DNA of 64,000 nucleotides from an uncultured Candidatus Poseidoniales archaeon (GTDB lineage Archaea; Thermoplasmatota; Poseidoniia; Poseidoniales; Poseidoniaceae), in the NCBI GenBank assembly GCA_000246735.1, contig CM001443.1, positions 143,669 to 207,668 of the forward strand. Reading direction: 5' to 3'. Below, one piece after another: positions 9,615-19,120 of this stretch. The notes beneath the pieces are model-generated. The model was given only the letters and a program-made list of their open reading frames with translations. It was not told where the DNA came from and ran no database searches. Within the stretch, counting starts at the first letter, position 1; each line of letters starts with the position of its first letter. The translations under genes and the position numbers were made by a program.

Positions 9615-10859
9615 TTAATCTGTTGACGGTGGAGGTGACGCTTCTGGTTGCTCTTCAGAAGTGGTCTTGGGGGGCGGCGCTGGGGCTTGCGTTCGCGCCT
9701 TCCATCGTTGTGTTGCCCTGATGTACTTGAGCGGGTGATCAAGCCATGGCTGGTCGCACAGACGGTCATCGCCAGGCAAAACTGGGCAGTTGTGATTGAC
9801 CTTTAATTTGCCACATCCGGATGGAGTGTAACCGTGTTGATAGACATGGTCAACCTGATACGAAGTCGTACTTTCACTGAAATCTGGGGCGCCTCGGAAG
9901 AAATTGACGCATGACTCTTTTGGGAGGGCGAGAACCGCTGAAATCGATGCCAAAAAGACCCGCCCGAAGTGGTTCAAGTTGACGCCCATAGCCAAATCCG
10001 AAACGGCCTTTCGCATGCAAGGAGGCCAATCTTCTTCAGCCGCACCAACCAATGCGATCGCCTCGCTTGCTTGATTGGACATAAGGTTTCGAACCATGCC
10101 AACTGGTTCTGCCAAACGGATGGCGAGATCGGTGGTCACCTCTGCCATTTTCTCTAATGCGTCTTGTTCGACGCCTCTTTTGATCCGTTCCCGGAGCAAT
10201 CGGGCTAACTTGGCAGATGATCCATATGTCGGTTCATCGAACAGCGTCACCCATCCTTGGTTGACATCACAATTTGGTAAGCGCCATCGTGCGCCAGTAA
10301 TCTTAGGGCATATCTCAATGAAATCACTGAGGCCAATATTCCAAACTGGCCCCGATTGCGATTGCCTTAGCGAGCGCATGTCCACATTACCTGAGCCAAT
10401 GCTCATGGCTGCTTGGCGCCCACCTTTGCCCTCTTTGCGTTCGAGTTGGCTGATGTAGGTTCGAGCGATGGTTTCGATGTTCTTGGTGTCTTTGATGAGG
10501 ATTTGTTCTGCGCGCGCCGCTTCTGCTTGAGCCCAGCGGGCAATGAGCCGCTCGTCTTCCGACGCACATACGACCAATCGGGCGTAATAGAACGAGAAGG
10601 CCTCGATAATTCGTCCTTCTTCAGTGAATAAATCCCCACCAACAACCTCGACGCCTTCCTTGGATTGAATGGAATCAATGAGGCGAATACGAGCGCGAGA
10701 ACGCGCTTTTTCCATCCACGAACCGTCCAAGAGCTCGTCAAGATCAATATTATGATCGACCGCCATCGATTGAATCCATCCACTCGCCTGCGGGAGGAAG
10801 GGATAGCGGGCGAACGTCACCTCGTCTTCCAGTTCCGGCAGGGACCTTGGGACGGGCAT
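9615..10859 (-). CDS. priL: DNA primase large subunit PriL (eukaryotic-type primase regulatory subunit)
   Basis: N-terminal FARYPFL; Fe-S domain with PPCMRKAVSDL ... NLNHFGRVFL (compare eukaryotic FPPCMRxLH...HLRHGGR); Cys-rich C-terminal region. Confidence 0.8.
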   Translation of the reverse strand: MPVPRSLPELEDEVTFARYPFLPQASGWIQSMAVDHNIDLDELLDGSWMEKARSRARIRLIDSIQSKEGVEVVGGDLFTEEGRIIEAFSFYYARLVVCASEDERLIARWAQAEAARAEQILIKDTKNIETIARTYISQLERKEGKGGRQAAMSIGSGNVDMRSLRQSQSGPVWNIGLSDFIEICPKITGARWRLPNCDVNQGWVTLFDEPTYGSSAKLARLLRERIKRGVEQDALEKMAEVTTDLAIRLAEPVGMVRNLMSNQASEAIALVGAAEEDWPPCMRKAVSDLAMGVNLNHFGRVFLASISAVLALPKESCVNFFRGAPDFSESTTSYQVDHVYQHGYTPSGCGKLKVNHNCPVLPGDDRLCDQPWLDHPLKYIRATQRWKARTQAPAPPPKTTSEEQPEASPPPSTD

Positions 10860-10917
10860 GGTTGAGCGAAGCGCGCCGACCGCATAAGAACTTCAACGGA
10901 CACTTGATGAGGTCCCC

Positions 10918-11661
10918 ATGGAACCAACGAACATGCACGAGGCTGTTGACCAACGCCTTGTGGACATTCAAGATGAGGTGCGTGACGCCTTTGGATGGGG
11001 CCTTGAGGAAGACCTGCTTGCTGCAGAAGCATTGGTCCAACGCACCTATGAACTCGTCGCTGCAGTTCCTTCTTGGAGTCAAGAAGGGCGCCTTGCCTCC
11101 TTGGACGCATTGCGTGCGACATTGTTTGCCGCTGAACGGGTGACTGTTTTAGGCGCTGCAGCAACTGAAGAGGAAGCACGAAGGGTCGCTCAACAGGAAG
11201 GCGTCATCATCGCTGCCGATGGCTCAGTTGGTGCCTTGCGGGTACGAAATCGCCTTGCATGCGTGGTTTCAGATTTTGATGGAGGGGTTCACCTCCACAG
11301 TGCAGCAAAGGAAGGCGTTCCGATCGTAGCTCACAGCCATGGTGATAATGTTCAGAGATTCACACGTGCGTTGTCAGAGTGGTCTCAGTTCGATACCCCT
11401 CCCTCGCTTATTCTCACGCACCAGACACCAGCACAATGTCAAGGCGCTCATAATTTTCGGTGGCTTTACAGACGGAGACCGAGCCGTATGCTCTATCTGG
11501 CAATGGGTGTGAATCTTATGAACATCGACCTAGTGGGCTTTTCACTCAACACGGTTGGCATGTGGTCGGCCACCACTGTCCCTGAACAGAAATTGAAAAA
11601 GTTGGCGTGGATGTACCGCATTTTGGAAATGGTGGAACTTCATGATGCTGTTGCTCCCTAG
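10918..11661 (+). CDS. putative MptE-like / DUF115 family protein (6-hydroxymethyl-7,8-dihydropterin pyrophosphokinase-like), tentative
   Basis: VTVLGAAATEEEA...VIIAADGSVGAL...AHSHGDN pattern resembles the DUF115 fold; assignment from memory of the family, not searched. Confidence 0.4.
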   Translation: MEPTNMHEAVDQRLVDIQDEVRDAFGWGLEEDLLAAEALVQRTYELVAAVPSWSQEGRLASLDALRATLFAAERVTVLGAAATEEEARRVAQQEGVIIAADGSVGALRVRNRLACVVSDFDGGVHLHSAAKEGVPIVAHSHGDNVQRFTRALSEWSQFDTPPSLILTHQTPAQCQGAHNFRWLYRRRPSRMLYLAMGVNLMNIDLVGFSLNTVGMWSATTVPEQKLKKLAWMYRILEMVELHDAVAP

Positions 11662-11704
11662 AAATACATAGTATCAAAAGCAAACTCGAGTAATTTGGGT
11701 TATT

Positions 11705-12331
11705 ATGGAACGAAAACGGCTGGTCAACCTGGTGTTATGGCCAGTTGCGTTGCTCGTTCTCAACAGCTTATGGATGAGTGTCGCAGGCGGCGTTGCTCCG
11801 TACGAAATCAATGACGTCGACCAAGCCATCGAAACACGCACCGTCGAATTGGATTCTGTATTTGGCCTCAGCAAGGAAATGCCAGCGGAAATGGAAGTCG
11901 AATTCACAGGCGTATCGGTCGATGATGGAACTGTGTCGTGGATCATTCGCGACGCATCAAACAGCGTAATAGCCCAATGGTCCGGTCTGCTTTCAGAGGG
12001 GCCCCCTAATTGGAGCGGGGCACTTGAGCCCGGCACCTACACCGTCGAAACGACCGTGGACGAAGGAATCGTAGCCGAACAAGTACTCCAAATCCAACCC
12101 TTTGAATCCTACAGACTCGAGGGGCACATCATACTCTCAATCTCCCTCTTCCTCGTTGCCTTTGGAGAGGTGTTCATCCGGCAGAAAGCTGAGGTTTTCA
12201 TGGCCAAGCGTGCGAAGTCAGATCCGGTGCGAACCGAAAAGAGTCCATTCAAACCCCTCAGGACTGGTATGCCAGAAGAGGATCTCTCGCTGGATGAAGA
12301 TGGGCCTTGGCGCTCACCAATTGGTCGCTGA
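11705..12331 (+). CDS. hypothetical membrane-anchored protein (N-terminal signal anchor and C-terminal TM)
   Basis: N-terminal LVNLVLWPVALLVLNSLW hydrophobic segment, beta-rich middle, second TM ILSISLFLVAFG. Confidence 0.5.
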   Translation: MERKRLVNLVLWPVALLVLNSLWMSVAGGVAPYEINDVDQAIETRTVELDSVFGLSKEMPAEMEVEFTGVSVDDGTVSWIIRDASNSVIAQWSGLLSEGPPNWSGALEPGTYTVETTVDEGIVAEQVLQIQPFESYRLEGHIILSISLFLVAFGEVFIRQKAEVFMAKRAKSDPVRTEKSPFKPLRTGMPEEDLSLDEDGPWRSPIGR

Positions 12332-12490
12332 ACGCTGAGGTTCACTCGCGGTGATGGACTGAAACAGTCCCGCAAACCCTGCACCAAACCTTGGTACCGT
12401 CTTTACGAGGTGTGGCACCGGCAACGTCGATTTTCACACCGCAAACGCATGTGACCGTGTTCTGCATGGTCGTACGCAATCGGTGCTGAT

Positions 12491-13624
12491 TCATGAACTC
12501 AGCGATTCAGCAGCAAGCACAACCCATGCTTCGAAACACATGAAACTCTTGCTCGCAGAGAATCCTTTGACCTCTTCGAATTCAAGGGATTCAATCGTTC
12601 CACCAGCCTCTATGATTGCCGATTCAATCTTATTTTTCTCCGTCGCTTCATTGGCTCGATCGATAATCGCCCAGCCTCGCAAAAGGCTGGTTTGCCCCGT
12701 TCGCAACAATGGAAGAAGGTGAGGCAAATGTTCAACACTGTCGTGGGGGAGGTTGACCAAAAGAAGATCAGATGAGTTGCAAAGGCGAGGGTTTGTTTTC
12801 CATTGGGTCGCATCGGCACACATGACGCTTGAGGGGGCGAGTGCGGGCGCAGGTTCGCCCGTTTCGGTTTTTCTTCGACCGCCCAAATACGTCAAATTTG
12901 CTTGCAATAATTCCACCGCATCGGGGTTTAGGTCACCTGCGTAATACCCTTCGACGAGGGATGGCTCGCTAAGCAGGGCGCCCATGCTTGGGCCAACGCC
13001 TGCATAGGGGTCGGCGACGACAAGCGGGCGTGCCAGACGTTGTTTGAGTTTCTTTGCGCTTTGCAGTGTCCCAGTTCGTTCGTTTGAAAGCCGAGCAGAA
13101 AAATAAACTTTGGAAGCATCAACCCAAAGAAAGTACCCATTTTCTTTGATCCTCGTCATCGTTTCTGTCGAGCCATCGCGGCTTGCAAGCGGTTCGAGAT
13201 TGCGAACGCGGAAATCTCCTTGAACGCCAAGGTCCGCGCATATGAGTCGGATGCTCGGCAACTGTGTGAGCATGGCGTCTGCGATCATCTCAGCCAAGTG
13301 CCAAACGCTTTCTTCGATTTTTACAATCAATACATCGCCTTGTGTTTCATACGCCTTGGGCAAGTCGTCTTTGTGATGTTTCAAGAGTTCGGCATCGAAG
13401 TGTTCGGTCCAGTGTGAAGGTGCTTTTTCCTTAGCAGCCAGAACAATCAGGGCGTTTCCGAGCCATGCCGCATCGCCTTCAGGCGGAGCTGTTTGGTTGA
13501 GGGGGATGGCTTTGTTTCCGCCCCTTAAACTGGTCACGCCTGTGTGCTCAGCAAGCCATTTTTCAGAACGACAGCGCTCCAACCAATGTTGGGTTTGCGC
13601 GCTCGGCACACTCAAATGACGCAT
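12491..13624 (-). CDS. trm5: tRNA (guanine37-N1)-methyltransferase Trm5 / Taw2 family (class I SAM MTase, Met-10+ like)
   Basis: GDVLIVKI, FRVRNLEPLAS, VVADPYAGVGP (SAM motif I), DLNPDAVELL, LLVNLP (NLP motif). Confidence 0.75.
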   Translation of the reverse strand: MRHLSVPSAQTQHWLERCRSEKWLAEHTGVTSLRGGNKAIPLNQTAPPEGDAAWLGNALIVLAAKEKAPSHWTEHFDAELLKHHKDDLPKAYETQGDVLIVKIEESVWHLAEMIADAMLTQLPSIRLICADLGVQGDFRVRNLEPLASRDGSTETMTRIKENGYFLWVDASKVYFSARLSNERTGTLQSAKKLKQRLARPLVVADPYAGVGPSMGALLSEPSLVEGYYAGDLNPDAVELLQANLTYLGGRRKTETGEPAPALAPSSVMCADATQWKTNPRLCNSSDLLLVNLPHDSVEHLPHLLPLLRTGQTSLLRGWAIIDRANEATEKNKIESAIIEAGGTIESLEFEEVKGFSASKSFMCFEAWVVLAAESLSS

Positions 13625-13661
13625 GATGCTCGCTCACTCCAAGCGAAGGGGAGGTTTGAGC

Positions 13662-14540
13662 ATGACGGCGGAACACACCAAGGCCCCCCTTCTTCCCAAC
13701 ACTGGCCTTATGCTCATCGGCATGGGACCGGGACGTCTTTCTGGAATGAGTGTTGAAGCACTTCAAGCCGCAAAGGCCGCCGATGTGCGGCGGTATGAAG
13801 CGTACACTGCTCTTTGGCCACAAGCACAACTCGATGCACTTGAAGCAGAAGTTGGAGCCATCGAGAAGGTGATGAGGCCGGAAGTGGAACTCCCTGAGGC
13901 TTTGTTTGAATTGGCTCGAACTTCGTTGGTTGCGCTCTTGGTGGTTGGCGATCCGCTTCAGGCAACGACGCATGTTGATTTACAACTCCAAGCGACTGAA
14001 GCAGGCCTCGAATGCCTTGTGTTCCATGGCGTATCCATCACGACCTTGGTGACTGGCGCCATCGGGTTGTCCAACTATAAATTCGGGCGGCAAACCACGC
14101 TCACCTACCCATATGGTGGATGGGTGGCGACTTCACCTTTGGAAGTCATCGCCGCGAACATGCATCAAAACCTCCACACACTGGCCCTTCTCGATTTGGA
14201 TCCGACAGGTGAAGGCATCGGCCACCAAATTCCGATGAGACCCCAAGATGCGGTTGCCTCGTTGAGGTTGATGTGGGACAAGCTCGCAGATGCAATTGAA
14301 GAAATGCCACAAGAGACTGCCTTGCAATCGATGCGCGTCGAAGCATGTGAAGCCCTCCTAAGTGGTGATCTTGATTCAATGGATGTCGTGCTGTGTTCCG
14401 ATATGGGCACGGATGATGAATCCCTTGTGGCAACCACTGTTGCCCAGTTAGAAGGTCAACTTGGCGGCCGACTCAACAGCCTCGTGTTCCAATCCAAAAC
14501 CAGTGAAGTTGAAGAGAAGGCTCTCCTTCGTTGGCGCTAA
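13662..14540 (+). CDS. dph5: diphthine synthase (diphthamide biosynthesis methyltransferase, tetrapyrrole-methylase fold)
   Basis: LMLIGMGPG, LLVVGDPLQATTH, YKFGR motifs; start placed at in-frame ATG 13662 (alternative 13710) because the track start at 13623 would overlap the divergent Trm5 start. Confidence 0.8.
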   Translation: MTAEHTKAPLLPNTGLMLIGMGPGRLSGMSVEALQAAKAADVRRYEAYTALWPQAQLDALEAEVGAIEKVMRPEVELPEALFELARTSLVALLVVGDPLQATTHVDLQLQATEAGLECLVFHGVSITTLVTGAIGLSNYKFGRQTTLTYPYGGWVATSPLEVIAANMHQNLHTLALLDLDPTGEGIGHQIPMRPQDAVASLRLMWDKLADAIEEMPQETALQSMRVEACEALLSGDLDSMDVVLCSDMGTDDESLVATTVAQLEGQLGGRLNSLVFQSKTSEVEEKALLRWR

Positions 14541-14595
14541 AGGTGTGTGGCTGTATGTCTGACGATGTGATAATTCTCCTTTCTTTCCTGGGTTC

Positions 14596-16656
14596 ATGTT
14601 CTTTTTTGCTGGTGTCGGGCTTGCATCGATGCGCGTCAAAGAAGACACGACGGATGATTACCTCGTTGCTGGACGCGGTATGCATCCAGGATTGGCTGCA
14701 CTTTCGGCCGTCAGCACATGGAACTCCGGCTACATGTTCATCGGTTTCATCGGTTTCATCTACGTTCAAGGCTACTCTGCGATTTGGATTGCGTTGGTGT
14801 CGACCATCGGGCAATTGGTAGCATGGATTTGGCTCTACAAGTACATCCAGAAAGAAGGAGAGGAACGGGGTATTCGCTCGCTCACATCTCTTGTTTCGAG
14901 CACAACCGGCTCACCTGAAGCAAAGGTTGCAGCGGTCCTATCGGTTCTTTTCCTCTCGATCTATGCAGCAGCTCAACTGACTGCAGGTGGTGTTGCCCTC
15001 GAAACTATGCTCAATTGGGCCCCTACAGTTGGTATTCTGATCGGATTCGTGCTTGTTGTGGCGTACTGCTATGCTGGCGGGATTCGTGCCTCAATTTGGA
15101 CTGATGCCGCTCAATCCAGCGTCATGATTGTCGGCTCAACGATCCTCTGCCTTGTTGCAGTCAAGAATTCAGGTGGGCTTTCTGGTTTGCACGATCAGCT
15201 TGCGGCCGTTGATGATTCGATGGTGAGTCTGTTCCCGTCTGGCTTGAGATTCGGGGCTGCCCTCTGGATTGCTGCCTTTTTCTTAGGCGGCTTGGGTGTG
15301 GCGGGACAGCCACAGGTTGTTTCTCGAGTCATGACGCTGAAAGACGACGCTGCTCGAAAGCAAGCGATGGTTTGGTTCTTCGTTTGGCAAACGCCGTTCA
15401 TCGTTTTGATGTTCATTATCGGCCTTGCGTGCCGTGTTTTATTACCCGAGTTGGGCACGGATGGTGCCCAAACTGGGTTGCCATTGTTGGCCATGGAACA
15501 ACTGAGCCCGTTCCTTGGCGGCGTCATCCTCGCATCGATTTTTGCTGCCACAATGTCGACTGCGGACAGTCAAGTCTTGGCTTGCACAGCCGCCATCACC
15601 GATGACGTGAAGTCTGAATGGAGTCAGGACCACAAGAAGACGAAAATGGTCACTCTTGGCATGGCGGTTTTCGCCACGGTGATTTCCCTCGTTGGTCAGC
15701 AGTTCCCAGGGTTCGGCGATTCTGTGTTCAGTCTCGTTGTTCTCGCCGTTTACGGCTTGGGCGCTATTTTTGTCCCGATGATTTTGGTTCGTATGATGGG
15801 GTATGAGCCTGACACAACCCACTCGATTCTAATGATGATGGCCGGATTTTTCGGCGTGATTGGATGGGTAACCTTTGGCCTCGATGGTGCGGACGGGATC
15901 TTCCCCTCAGTGCCTGGTGTCGGCGCTGCATTTGCAACCCACTTCCTCTTGTGCTGGTTGCGCGATGATTCACCTACGAATGCATTCGGGCGATACAGTG
16001 TGCCAGGTCAACAAACGGTGGCTGTTGGGCTCGCAATCTTGCTGGCTGTCGTTGCTGCCACAGAAGTGTCCTACGTCAATTTCGCACCCGATTCAAACGC
16101 TAATGGTGCAGATAGCGGTAAAGCATACACAATGAATTACACCATCGAAGAATGGGAGAAAACGGAAACATTGTTCATTGGAAACGACCAGACTGCGCAG
16201 TTCTCATTCACCTATGACGAGATGTTTACTGCTTCCTTGGGGATTCAGTTTGTCATCTCATATGAGGAAAGCAATGAGGTCGGAACCAGTAACTGTGATG
16301 ATGTGACGGTCGAACCCGACTTTAGCAACACTGCTGGGCCTCATGACGAAGTCGACGATTCTGCAAAGTCCACCTCAACCTGCGATGCTTCTGAACAGCT
16401 GATGGCATCGATTGTCACCGACAACTCTCTTTTGGAGTTCGGTTCAATCCCAGGAACGTACACCGCCAATGGAACCATGAACGAGCTCGAAAATAATGCA
16501 AAGCGAATGAGCAACATCGACCGCATGATGGGATCATATGAGGCGGGCGTGACCGTAGCAACAAATAGCAATCCATTTACTGGGGACTCTGGAGAATCGA
16601 TTACCATCACATGGCGAGCATTGCTGCTCGTACCGGGCGAAATTACTGCTGTCTAA
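14596..16656 (+). CDS. sodium:solute symporter (SSS) family transporter with long C-terminal extracytoplasmic domain
   Basis: DYLVAGRGMHPGLAALSAVSTWNSGYMFIGFIG N-terminal SSS signature, 13+ TM helices, roughly 200-aa Cys-containing hydrophilic C-terminal domain. Confidence 0.75.
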   Translation: MFFFAGVGLASMRVKEDTTDDYLVAGRGMHPGLAALSAVSTWNSGYMFIGFIGFIYVQGYSAIWIALVSTIGQLVAWIWLYKYIQKEGEERGIRSLTSLVSSTTGSPEAKVAAVLSVLFLSIYAAAQLTAGGVALETMLNWAPTVGILIGFVLVVAYCYAGGIRASIWTDAAQSSVMIVGSTILCLVAVKNSGGLSGLHDQLAAVDDSMVSLFPSGLRFGAALWIAAFFLGGLGVAGQPQVVSRVMTLKDDAARKQAMVWFFVWQTPFIVLMFIIGLACRVLLPELGTDGAQTGLPLLAMEQLSPFLGGVILASIFAATMSTADSQVLACTAAITDDVKSEWSQDHKKTKMVTLGMAVFATVISLVGQQFPGFGDSVFSLVVLAVYGLGAIFVPMILVRMMGYEPDTTHSILMMMAGFFGVIGWVTFGLDGADGIFPSVPGVGAAFATHFLLCWLRDDSPTNAFGRYSVPGQQTVAVGLAILLAVVAATEVSYVNFAPDSNANGADSGKAYTMNYTIEEWEKTETLFIGNDQTAQFSFTYDEMFTASLGIQFVISYEESNEVGTSNCDDVTVEPDFSNTAGPHDEVDDSAKSTSTCDASEQLMASIVTDNSLLEFGSIPGTYTANGTMNELENNAKRMSNIDRMMGSYEAGVTVATNSNPFTGDSGESITITWRALLLVPGEITAV

Positions 16657-17505
16657 TCATAGACTGAACGTCTGACCCTGTCGAGCAATGCTCCAACCCG
16701 ACCCAGCGAGAAGGGTCGATGCTTCGCTTTCTGAATCGTACAATGGATTTGTGTGGTTCAGATGAATGAAATAGATTTCAGGATCGTTTTCTTGCCGCGG
16801 TCCGAGCATCTCGAGGGTTTTGCTGACTGGAGGATGGGGGACCTTGTCTTGGTTGCGCCCAGCAAGTTCGTTGATCGACCAAAAAGTACCATCAATCAAA
16901 GCAATCTCCACATCAAGTGACGCCAACCAAGAGCGTATGCTGTCGTGGTGATGGCGTGCGAGTGTCTCTTCCCATGTGTCGTGATCAGGGAGGAACAGCA
17001 AGGAGCGGTTTGGCCCACGTATCACGAAAGCGTGCATGTCTGAGAGTTCATCGCGATGGGGTACACGGATCGGTTGGGCAATCACATGTTCACTGAGTTG
17101 TATTCGATCGCCATCATGGAACACCTTTGCATCAAAGACGCCTTGCTCGACCATGAGGGCCCATTGGGGGGTTCGATCGATGAGGTGCTCCATTTCACTC
17201 GAAGTGTGGAGGTTCACGTTTCTGGCGTTCATGGTTTCACGGCCAAACAAGCCCAAACCATCGACATGGCCAAAGTGAGCGTGGGTGAGTAACACATTGT
17301 CGATCGTTGATTGGCCCCAAACCGTCAATTGCTGACCTAGAAAACGAGTCGCCTCAATCAGGTGGTTTACATTGCCATCTGTGATCCCAAGAGCCACAGG
17401 GTAGGACGCGTCTTCTGGAGCGAGTCCAACACAACAGGGGCGTGTGCAACCGGCTTGCGGTCGGCCGCCGTCTTGTGCTAAGCCAAGCAATGTCACTTCG
17501 ACCAT
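16657..17505 (-). CDS. metallo-beta-lactamase-fold hydrolase, PqqB-like
   Basis: LTHAHFGHVDGL (HxHxDH-type metal site) and downstream His/Asp ligands; 1-bp spacing to the convergent symporter stop. Confidence 0.6.
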   Translation of the reverse strand: MVEVTLLGLAQDGGRPQAGCTRPCCVGLAPEDASYPVALGITDGNVNHLIEATRFLGQQLTVWGQSTIDNVLLTHAHFGHVDGLGLFGRETMNARNVNLHTSSEMEHLIDRTPQWALMVEQGVFDAKVFHDGDRIQLSEHVIAQPIRVPHRDELSDMHAFVIRGPNRSLLFLPDHDTWEETLARHHHDSIRSWLASLDVEIALIDGTFWSINELAGRNQDKVPHPPVSKTLEMLGPRQENDPEIYFIHLNHTNPLYDSESEASTLLAGSGWSIARQGQTFSL

Positions 17506-17543
17506 GTGACTGCCAGCAAGGGCCTCGGCATCAAATCATCCAT

Positions 17544-19019
17544 TCACTGGACGTATGCGTTGGCTGCTTCTTGGGCGGTGGCCCCGTAAGGTGTGACACG
17601 GTACGCCATGCCGCGTCGCTTGAGGATGTCCTTCAGTGAAGCGGTGAGGTCTTCCTTCGTGATGAGTTCTCGGTCATCGGATAGCGAGGCGATGAGCGCA
17701 GACTGAACGACTTCTCGCAACCACGCACCGGTAAGACCATCGCTTGACTTAGCAAGACGTTCGATTGCCTCGCGGTTCACCGTTGGAGCGGTGTTTATTG
17801 GTTTCAAATGTTGGTGAAGGATGTGGTAGCGTTGCTCCTTATCGGGCAAGCCAACCTCGACAATGCGGTCAAATCGACCTGGTCGGTCGGCGATTGCAGG
17901 GTCGATTTTGTTCGAATGGTTGGTTGTTGCAAGGGTGATGACGCCGTGATTGGGCACAACGCCGTCCATAGACTGGAGGAATTCGCCCAAAAGTGGATGG
18001 TCGGAAGCACGCCGATCAAGAGCCCCTGCAGTATCGATGTCCTCGATGATGAGCAGGGTTGGCGATAATTTCCGAGCCAGCTCGTAGCACTTCTTGATGT
18101 CTTGACGCCCGGTGATCATCTCAGCAGAGATGAGGATGCAGGTGATGTCGGAGTGAGCGGCAAGCCACTTTGCAATCATGGTCTTCCCGGTCCCCGGAGG
18201 ACCTGCCAAGATGACGCCCCGTGAGTTTGCCAGACCGAGTTCCTTCAGCTTCGGCATGGCTTTTTGGAATGTGATGATGTCCTTCCAAAGGGTTTCTTTG
18301 ACCACTGGGTCCCAGGCAAGCAGAGCGTCAATGTTGGTGTCCCGTTCGACGAAGTTGTACTTCAAGTCAAAGAAGGCCTGGTTGAGTGGTCCGTTTTCGT
18401 AAAAATCCTCTTCCAATTGGTTGATGAAGTTGGTGAAGTCGTACCGTTCTGTGTTCATGCTGTGACCGGTTGGTGTATGGATGGTGATGCGGTGATCACC
18501 GTCGCCGTCAACAGAGGAAATTAGGGTGAAACGGTGCGCTGGGTCGACCTTGCTTTGGTAGAACCGTGTGCCGATGACCATGATGCGCTGACGTTGTTTA
18601 CCCTGCAGTGCGATGGTATCGTACATGCATGGGCGGAGAATTCCATCTTCAATTGAAAATTCCTCACTTACCTCATATTCCGGTTCGAGGTAGCTGTCGA
18701 GGTGCATCTTCATGAGCGCCCCCAAGTGGCCTTTCCAGTAGCGTGAATCGCGTTGGGTTTTGATTGCGTTGAGGAACGTGAACATCTTTGAATCAAACAT
18801 GTTTTGCCGGGTTTGCTTTGGCAGCAATGCATGTGCGGCTGCCTTCGCATCTGCATACGCCTTCATATCGATTGAAACTCGCCCCAAGGACGATTCAATC
18901 GTAAAGACGGGGTCCATTTTTTTCTCTTGCTCTTGCTTCTTTTCTTCGTCCATACGTGTCACACTTCCTTTGCTTTGCCCGACGCTTATGCCCCAATTGG
19001 GGGTTATATTCGTCGCCAC
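17544..19019 (-). CDS. AAA+ ATPase (classical AAA clade, single ATPase domain) with unique 250-aa N-terminal domain
   Basis: Walker A GPPGTGKT, Walker B LLIIEDID, second region of homology TTNHSNKIDPAIADRPGRFDR; N-terminal 250 aa has no recognisable domain. Confidence 0.85.
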   Translation of the reverse strand: MATNITPNWGISVGQSKGSVTRMDEEKKQEQEKKMDPVFTIESSLGRVSIDMKAYADAKAAAHALLPKQTRQNMFDSKMFTFLNAIKTQRDSRYWKGHLGALMKMHLDSYLEPEYEVSEEFSIEDGILRPCMYDTIALQGKQRQRIMVIGTRFYQSKVDPAHRFTLISSVDGDGDHRITIHTPTGHSMNTERYDFTNFINQLEEDFYENGPLNQAFFDLKYNFVERDTNIDALLAWDPVVKETLWKDIITFQKAMPKLKELGLANSRGVILAGPPGTGKTMIAKWLAAHSDITCILISAEMITGRQDIKKCYELARKLSPTLLIIEDIDTAGALDRRASDHPLLGEFLQSMDGVVPNHGVITLATTNHSNKIDPAIADRPGRFDRIVEVGLPDKEQRYHILHQHLKPINTAPTVNREAIERLAKSSDGLTGAWLREVVQSALIASLSDDRELITKEDLTASLKDILKRRGMAYRVTPYGATAQEAANAYVQ

Positions 19020-19120
19020 AGGAATAACCTCCGAGGGTATATGAAGGCGCGAAAGGATGTGACCATCGCCCGCGAAGGAATCAAACGACAGGGGTGGCTC
19101 GATGTGTTTGAGGGGAGTTC

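Noticed and set aside
12356-12370. Hairpin GGACTG-AAA-CAGTCC just downstream of the 11705-12331 gene as an intrinsic terminator
   Set aside because: Short 6-bp stem with no following T-tract. Archaeal termination does not rely on such hairpins. The 159-bp convergent spacer contains no recognisable RNA gene.
13623-13661. Track start of diphthine synthase at 13623 (ATGATG)
   Set aside because: It would overlap the divergent Trm5 start codon (13622-13624). Conserved Dph5 sequence begins near LMLIGMGPG, so an internal ATG (13662 or 13710) is the more plausible start.
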